Notes under the pieces: model-generated | What the model was told of the DNA's origin: nothing | The model's database searches: none | The model's input: only the letters and a program-made list of their open reading frames with translations | Program-made: the position numbers and the translations under genes | Shown: positions 58,283 through 64,000 of the stretch, piece by piece | Layout of the letters: each line of letters starts with the position of its first letter | Position numbering within the stretch: the stretch's first letter is position 1 | Assembly (NCBI GenBank): GCA_965140445.1 | Contig: OZ223236.1 | Location: forward strand, 4,000,001-4,064,000 | DNA: 64,000 nt | Reading direction: 5' to 3' | Source: Candidatus Ozemobacteraceae bacterium | GTDB lineage: Bacteria > Muiribacteriota > Ozemobacteria > Ozemobacterales > Ozemobacteraceae

Positions 58283-59116
58283 GTGAACCCATTCATTTCA
58301 GCTAGAAATAATTCGGTTAAAGAATCGTTATCATCCCAAGAGCAAAACAAAAATTGGTGGGAAAAACTTCCAATGACTTATAAAAATTGGGAAAAGGAAG
58401 AACGACAACTTACTTCCAAAGAGGATTTTGACGAGTTAGAAAAAATCTTCTTGGATAGTAATCCTTGGATTGCAAAGAATGTAATTTTTTCAGATTTTTC
58501 GAATAAAAAAGTTCTTGAAATCGGATGTGGATCTGGTGTTGCATCTTGTATCTTTGCTAAGCATGGCGCCAATGTAACAGCCATAGACTTAACTGAGAAA
58601 GCTATTGAAACTGCCAAATTGAATGCAAAAATAAATGGTTTAAAAATAAATTTTATTTGCACTGATGCTGAAAATTTGGATTTTCCTCAAAACCATTTTG
58701 ATTACATTTTTTCGTGGGGAGTTATCCATCATTCGCATAAACCATTTAAAATTCTAAAAAAATTGTCTCCAATACTAAAACCCAGCATAGGAAAAGGCTT
58801 AATAATGGTTTATAACAAAGTCAGTTTAAGATTTCTTTTAAAAGGTCTATATTGGCTGATTATTAAGGGAGAAATATTTAAGGGCGAAACCTTAACCTCT
58901 GTTCAAAAGTATTTTACCGACGGATTTTTTCACAAACATTATACTCAGTCTGAATTAAATCAAGATTTGAAAAGAGTTGGACTTGATTCTACAAGATTTT
59001 CAAAATCTCACATGGCAAAAAAAATGATCCCAATTATTCCTAGAAGCTTTGATGAGTTCCTAAAAAAAACGATGGGATGGTTTCTAATAGCCGAGTTTAA
59101 AAAAGGAAAATTATAA
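58283..59116 (+). CDS. Class I SAM-dependent methyltransferase
   Basis: VLEIGCGSG, DAENL, SWGVIHH. Confidence 0.9.
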   Translation: MNPFISARNNSVKESLSSQEQNKNWWEKLPMTYKNWEKEERQLTSKEDFDELEKIFLDSNPWIAKNVIFSDFSNKKVLEIGCGSGVASCIFAKHGANVTAIDLTEKAIETAKLNAKINGLKINFICTDAENLDFPQNHFDYIFSWGVIHHSHKPFKILKKLSPILKPSIGKGLIMVYNKVSLRFLLKGLYWLIIKGEIFKGETLTSVQKYFTDGFFHKHYTQSELNQDLKRVGLDSTRFSKSHMAKKMIPIIPRSFDEFLKKTMGWFLIAEFKKGKL

Positions 59117-59118
59117 CT

Positions 59119-60552
59119 TTACCCAAACAACTCCAACAACCTTTCTAATTCATCAGGAGTCAGTGAGTTTCTGAATTTTCGGTAGCAATTATCGGGGTTT
59201 GGCATGAAAACGGTTTCAAATTTTTCGAACGTGCTTCCGGGGCAGCCTCCGTTGCAAATGTGCTGATACGGACAGCCTTTGCAGGACTCAATAGATGATA
59301 GTGGGTGGTTTGCTCTGGTTCGCAATTCCTGCAATGTTTTATGTTTCCAAATCTCTGTGATGTCAGTGGTTTGGAAATTTCCCAGGTCAATTTTTCCGAG
59401 CATATTGCATGGGGTAACGCTGCCATCATGATTTACGGCAAGCTTATTAAAATAACACCCACAGGAAGTTAAATGGCCATTATACTGCGCTGACATCGGC
59501 TCGCCTTTTTCCATTGCTGCAAATTGCTTTAACTCATATAGAGGACCGGCACTAGCCTGAATTCGACCTGGCCAGGTGACTGTTGAAAGCGTAGCAAGCT
59601 TTTCCATCGCAAGCAAACGCTCCGAAGAATTTAAGCCAACATCGTTTCCACCGCCTTTTGCTTCCCCAAGCTCGACAACGGAATTTGTGCTTACACTGGA
59701 AATCCCAATTTCACCTAACAAATAGGAAAAAACTTCTTCCAAATCACTCAAATTATGCTTATTGATTGTAACCCTTACTGCCAGCGTAATACCAGACTTT
59801 TTCAACAACCGTAAAGCTCTGTCTGTTTTCTTGAAAGAACCTTGTGAACGAATCTTATCATGAACCTGCGGGCAAGAACCATCCACCGAAAGCTGAATGT
59901 GTTTGAGTTTACTTTTAATTGCTGGTTGCGAAAGTTTAGCGACAACCTGTTCGTCAATAAGAGTGCCATTTGACAAAATCGCGTATCGCATGCGAGTAGT
60001 AGACAAAAAATCCAGGATATCCAAAAAGTCCTTCCTGACAAAAACCTCGCCACCACTCAAACAGATATTGTGAACAGCAAGTTCATCGAGCCGTTTAAAA
60101 AACTTAATCCAGACTTCTGTTGGCAAATCAGGCAGACAGCTCATCTCATCCGCATAAAAACACATGGGACATCTCAAGTTACACTTTCCAGTAATTGAAA
60201 TATCTATTTCGCAAGGACTTTCGTGGTTTTGAGGAAAAGGTTGCTGCAAAATTTGAGCTTTTACCGGAGCTATCAAAGCCCATCCTGCCTCTACAATCTG
60301 GCAGGCAAATTCCATAACATCTTGTTGAACTTCCGAAATCGATTCGGCCTCAAACTCCTGAGCGATCTCGTTCGCAATACCACGTAAAGAAAGCTCTCCA
60401 TCCATTCTGGACCAAATAGCAACCCCTGTTGGGTTAAGTCTTTGCAATTGCCCAGAAACTGAATTGAAAACAACGGCCTGTTCTTCAGTTAAACGTGTTG
60501 AAACTTCAGGATTTCTGACAATTTTCGAATCTGCATTGATTTTTAATTTCAA
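59119..60552 (-). CDS. scmE: PqqD(RRE)-radical SAM/SPASM fusion, SynChlorMet ScmE-like
   Basis: N-terminal RNPEV...LNPTGVAIWSRMDG PqqD domain; ITGKCNLRCPMC; PGRIQASAGPL; LTSCGC; CKGCPYQHICNGGC. Confidence 0.85.
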   Translation of the reverse strand: MKLKINADSKIVRNPEVSTRLTEEQAVVFNSVSGQLQRLNPTGVAIWSRMDGELSLRGIANEIAQEFEAESISEVQQDVMEFACQIVEAGWALIAPVKAQILQQPFPQNHESPCEIDISITGKCNLRCPMCFYADEMSCLPDLPTEVWIKFFKRLDELAVHNICLSGGEVFVRKDFLDILDFLSTTRMRYAILSNGTLIDEQVVAKLSQPAIKSKLKHIQLSVDGSCPQVHDKIRSQGSFKKTDRALRLLKKSGITLAVRVTINKHNLSDLEEVFSYLLGEIGISSVSTNSVVELGEAKGGGNDVGLNSSERLLAMEKLATLSTVTWPGRIQASAGPLYELKQFAAMEKGEPMSAQYNGHLTSCGCYFNKLAVNHDGSVTPCNMLGKIDLGNFQTTDITEIWKHKTLQELRTRANHPLSSIESCKGCPYQHICNGGCPGSTFEKFETVFMPNPDNCYRKFRNSLTPDELERLLELFG

Positions 60553-60720
60553 TTATTGGCCCCACAATTTATCTGTGATTTATGGATTGATCTGAAAATA
60601 CTCTCAACAGACACAAGTTTCAAATATTTTTTGAAAACCCTGAAGTAATTAGTGGGTTCTATCCATGTTAAATTTCTTTATGCAGGATTGTAATCTGCAC
60701 TTGCTATTTAGGCTCTATGA

Positions 60721-62028
60721 TTGTATTCTATGGCAGTTATGAAATTTCATCTAATCAGCCTTGGCTGCTCAAAAAACACCGCTGACTCCGAAGCTCTTTG
60801 TGACACTCTTGAACAAAAAGGGCTTGTCTGGAGTTCTTCTCCTGAAAAATCAGACATACTTTTTGTCAACACCTGTGGTTTTATAAAGGATGCCAAAGAG
60901 CAGTCTCTGTCTACAATAATGAACGTTTTGCATCTAAAGTCATCCATGCCAAAACTCAAAACCGTTGTTTTTGGATGCCTGGTAAAAAGATACAGATCAG
61001 AGATTGAAGAAGGCATTCCAGAAATTGATTTTCTTTTTGATTTTATGGATGGAACTTCAATAAAAGAACTTTTTAAAGCTCTAAAATCAGTAAAGCCAGA
61101 AGCAAACTACCAAACACGACGGCATTTTACGCCAAAACATATTGGTATTCTAAAAATTGCAGAAGGTTGTAGTAATCGCTGTGCATATTGCGCTATTCCT
61201 GGGATTCGTGGGGATTTTAAGTCCATAGAAGAAAAATCTATTATTGAAACCGCAAAACAGTTAGCTAAAAGTGGAGCAAAAGAAATTTCAGTGGTAGCCC
61301 AGGATATAACCCGTTATGGTACGGATAGAAGCGGAAAATGCGAGCTTCCTCAGTTAATTAAGAAACTGGGAAAAATCCAGGGTATAGAATGGATCAGACT
61401 CCATTACATGCATCCGAGAAACCTCTCTGTAGAGTTACTGGACGCCATGTACAAACTGCCAAAAGTTGTCCCATATTTTGATATACCTTTTCAACATGCT
61501 TCAGACAGAATGTTAAGACTTATGAAAAGGCATACCAGCCCAGAAAAAATTAAGTCACTGATCAAACATGTTCGAAAAAACTATCCGACAGCAACCATTA
61601 GAACCACTTTTATTGTTGGATTTCCTGGTGAGAATGAAGAAGAGTTTCAGGAACTTATCGACTTTGTTGAAATGTATCCAATCGATAGGGTTGGAGCTTT
61701 TATGTATTCCACTGAAGAAGGAACTGCCGCCGCCAAAATAGTTCCCAAAGTACAGCAAGCTGAAAAACAAAGAAGGCTTGATGAACTGATGACATTGCAA
61801 CAGCTGATTGCTGCTGAATTAAATTTAAAAATGACTGGAAAAGTCGCTGAAGTTATCATTGATGAAATAACTGATGGTATCTGCTTGGGAAGAACAATGG
61901 GCGATGCTTTTGAAATAGACAATATCACTAGATTTCCGGCTAAAAGCACTGACATTCCCGGGAAGATAGTTAAAGTAAAAATTCTTAAAGCAGAAGCTTA
62001 TGACTTTCATGGAGAATCTGTGGAATGA
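60721..62028 (+). CDS. rimO: Ribosomal protein uS12 methylthiotransferase
   Basis: SLGCSKN, NTCGFI, KIAEGCSNRCAYCAIP, RTTFIVGFPGE, TRAM domain; true start probably 60730 or 60739. Confidence 0.92.
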   Translation: MYSMAVMKFHLISLGCSKNTADSEALCDTLEQKGLVWSSSPEKSDILFVNTCGFIKDAKEQSLSTIMNVLHLKSSMPKLKTVVFGCLVKRYRSEIEEGIPEIDFLFDFMDGTSIKELFKALKSVKPEANYQTRRHFTPKHIGILKIAEGCSNRCAYCAIPGIRGDFKSIEEKSIIETAKQLAKSGAKEISVVAQDITRYGTDRSGKCELPQLIKKLGKIQGIEWIRLHYMHPRNLSVELLDAMYKLPKVVPYFDIPFQHASDRMLRLMKRHTSPEKIKSLIKHVRKNYPTATIRTTFIVGFPGENEEEFQELIDFVEMYPIDRVGAFMYSTEEGTAAAKIVPKVQQAEKQRRLDELMTLQQLIAAELNLKMTGKVAEVIIDEITDGICLGRTMGDAFEIDNITRFPAKSTDIPGKIVKVKILKAEAYDFHGESVE

Positions 62029-62636
62029 CCATCGCAACCAAGCTAACCCTAATGAGAGTTTTCGCCATTCCCTTTTTTCTGGTGGCTTTTCTTTGGCGTC
62101 CTACCGGAGCTTCACTGGATCACGATTGGGGCAAGGTAATTGCGACCGTTATTTTTATATTGGCCGCTATAACCGATTATTACGATGGTTACCTGGCAAG
62201 AAAATATAAACAGGTTACAACTTTTGGTAAATTTATTGACCCAATTGCAGATAAGTTACTTGTATCAACCGGGTTGATTGTAATGGCTGAATACAGAGGA
62301 ATTACCTTTACTGCAAGTTGGATTGCTATCATTATTATTGCCAGAGAGTTTGCTGTTACGGGTTTAAGACTTATTTGTGCTGAAAAAGGCAATGTTATTT
62401 CTGCATCAACAGCTGGAAAAATAAAAACCACAGCACAATTGACTGCGACTATCACCTGCCTTTGTTTTATAACGATCAGAATATTCCTAATTTCTTACAA
62501 CCAACAAGACTATCTGGAAATATTCATGAAATTTTATGGAATCACAATTCAGTCGCTGATGATAATAGCGGCAATATCAACGGTGTATTCAGGATATGAC
62601 TACTTCAAAAAAAACTGGCACTTCCTGGACGAATAG
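62025..62636 (+). CDS. pgsA: CDP-diacylglycerol--glycerol-3-phosphate 3-phosphatidyltransferase
   Basis: TDYYDGYLARK, GKFIDPIADK, REF, GKIKT. Confidence 0.93.
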   Translation: MTIATKLTLMRVFAIPFFLVAFLWRPTGASLDHDWGKVIATVIFILAAITDYYDGYLARKYKQVTTFGKFIDPIADKLLVSTGLIVMAEYRGITFTASWIAIIIIAREFAVTGLRLICAEKGNVISASTAGKIKTTAQLTATITCLCFITIRIFLISYNQQDYLEIFMKFYGITIQSLMIIAAISTVYSGYDYFKKNWHFLDE

Positions 62637-63096
62637 TTCGGCAAGTAATGTAGCGATTAAAGCTGTTGGAACATGCTGTGGACTTGGGAATTTTCCCAAA
62701 GCGCCCGGCACAGTTGGAAGTATTCCTGGAATCCTTATTTTTCTTGCAACGAAAGATTTTTCTGTTGGAGTTCAAACAGGCCTCTTCTTTTTTACCTGTT
62801 TATTGGCAATAGGCGTTTCTGAGCGCATTGAAAAGTCTGAAAGGTCCAAAGATCCCCAACACGTAGTAATTGATGAAGTAGTAGGAATGTGGGCAACCCT
62901 TCTTTTTATATGGGACACAAGTTTCAGCACAATCTTCATCGGATTTTTACTGTTTAGATTTTTTGATATTTTGAAGCCATTCCCAATTAACCTTTTTCAA
63001 AGCTTTCGAGGAGGAATGGGAATCGTCGCAGATGATCTAGCAGCCGGTATGCTTTCCAACTTTTTACTCAGGGTAATATTGATTCAGATGATGTAA
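62596..63096 (+). CDS. pgpA: Phosphatidylglycerophosphatase A
   Basis: APGTVGS, DPQHVVIDE, FRFFDILKP, GIVADD. Confidence 0.92.
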   Translation: MTTSKKTGTSWTNSSASNVAIKAVGTCCGLGNFPKAPGTVGSIPGILIFLATKDFSVGVQTGLFFFTCLLAIGVSERIEKSERSKDPQHVVIDEVVGMWATLLFIWDTSFSTIFIGFLLFRFFDILKPFPINLFQSFRGGMGIVADDLAAGMLSNFLLRVILIQMM

Positions 63097-63439
63097 TTCT
63101 GCATTTTCTTCCCTTCTCCAGGCAACTGAATCAGCCCTTACTAGCCCTAAAACACAAAAGATTACCCGTTATGCATTTCTTTTTAGATTAGTTGCTAAAA
63201 ATAGCTTATTCAATGGCAAAGCTCTCATCTCGCCCACAGATGCTTGGTGATTTTTCATTGATTGCACTTTCAACCAAAGAGCTAGTTTTGCTTTTATCAT
63301 CATTGCGACAATACTAATGTTGCAAGCTTGTTCTACCTGGCACTCTGACTTCTTAGCGATGGGCGATGGGCGATGAATTTTTCGAGGTTTTTACTGGAAG
63401 AATTAGTCCCAAAAAACTGGCAGATAAATCTTATAAACA

Positions 63440-63528
63440 CTGGATTTCCGCCTGCGCGGGAATGACTTCAGGAGGAAAAGAAAATGCTGAAGCCCCGATC
63501 TGGATTCCCGCCTGCGCGGGAATGACTT
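63440..63528. repeat. Two direct copies of a 29-bp palindromic repeat (dRS3/RPE-4/REP-like)
   Basis: CTGGATT(T/C)CCGCCTGCGCGGGAATGACTT at 63440-63468 and 63500-63528, one mismatch. Confidence 0.85.
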
Positions 63529-63540
63529 TAGAAGTATTCT

Positions 63541-63575
63541 AAATAAAAAATGGGCCACCCGAAGGTGGCCCATTT
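63541..63575 (-). terminator. Intrinsic terminator of the C25 peptidase gene
   Basis: Minus strand AAATGGGCCACC-TTCG-GGTGGCCCATTT followed by a T run. Confidence 0.88.
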
Positions 63576-63594
63576 CCTATTTAATAGGAGGATA

Positions 63595-63999
63595 TTAGAA
63601 AGTGATTTTCTGATCTACTACTGGAGCAACATCAGCACCGATGATTGTTAAATAACCTTCAGTGGCATCAGTTGTCATAGTAACTACTGCCTGACCTTCG
63701 TCATTGGTAGTTGCAACTTTAACGTTTTCAACGCCTTCAGTGTAAACAGTTACACGAGCGTTGCTAACTGGTTTGCCATCGGCATCAGTTACGTTAACTT
63801 TTACAGAAACAGCTTCTTCATTGCGTGTAGCTTTTGAATCTGCTGCAATTGCAGTAGGAGCTTTGAATCTAGCCATCAAAGTGCCATCACCAAGGATGTG
63901 CCATTGTTCATACATCATAACGCCAGAACCTTTTGGCTCAGCACCATAGATTTCCATGCCTTTGATGATACCGTTGATGAAAATTCCACCAACAGTTTT
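63595..63999 (-). CDS. C25 family (gingipain-like) cysteine peptidase, C-terminal part (5' end outside window)
   Basis: Frame is open to the window edge: KTVGGIFING...EQWHILGDGTLMAR resembles the end of the gingipain catalytic domain, followed by an Ig-like beta domain. Confidence 0.7.
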   Translation of the reverse strand, partial: KTVGGIFINGIIKGMEIYGAEPKGSGVMMYEQWHILGDGTLMARFKAPTAIAADSKATRNEEAVSVKVNVTDADGKPVSNARVTVYTEGVENVKVATTNDEGQAVVTMTTDATEGYLTIIGADVAPVVDQKITF

Positions 64000-64000
64000 A

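Noticed and set aside
60721..63096. rimO-pgsA-pgpA as part of the RiPP or LtaS systems
   Set aside because: Common housekeeping gene cluster; adjacency is probably coincidental.
63100..63320. 44-aa minus-strand ORF or structured RNA after pgpA
   Set aside because: No RBS, motif or recognisable RNA fold.
63356..63376. Three tandem GCGATGG units
   Set aside because: Short, intergenic, no evidence of function.
63440..63528. Mini CRISPR array (29-bp repeat, 31-bp spacer)
   Set aside because: Only two repeats, no cas genes in the window, and the sequence matches the dRS3/REP-like palindrome pattern better.

Overview
AT-rich bacterial genomic window, probably a diderm (secretin, GT9, SLBB exporter). 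About 55 kb (roughly 3.9-59.1 kb) is a mosaic cell-surface locus. It holds GT4/GT2/GT9 glycosyltransferases, Wzx/Wzy-like proteins, a priming sugar transferase, a Wzz-like co-polymerase, a large SLBB exporter, ten SAM methyltransferases, two AsnB-type amidotransferases, two B12-binding radical SAM enzymes, two LtaS-like transferases, a type IV pilus/T2SS-like operon, and an exosortase/EpsI/PEP-CTERM module. Two parts of what looks like one SynChlorMet-type radical SAM RiPP system flank this locus on the minus strand. The left part encodes an ScmF-like rSAM/SPASM enzyme, an S26-like peptidase, a PqqD/RRE protein, a 100-aa precursor with a YxxPxL leader and six evenly spaced CxxG units, and an HprK-like protein, with a convergent ABC ATPase. 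The right part is an RRE-ScmE-like rSAM fusion. The right edge has rimO-pgsA-pgpA, two 29-bp palindromic repeats and the 3' end of a gingipain-like (C25) protease gene. All family calls come from motif recognition by eye; no database searches were run.
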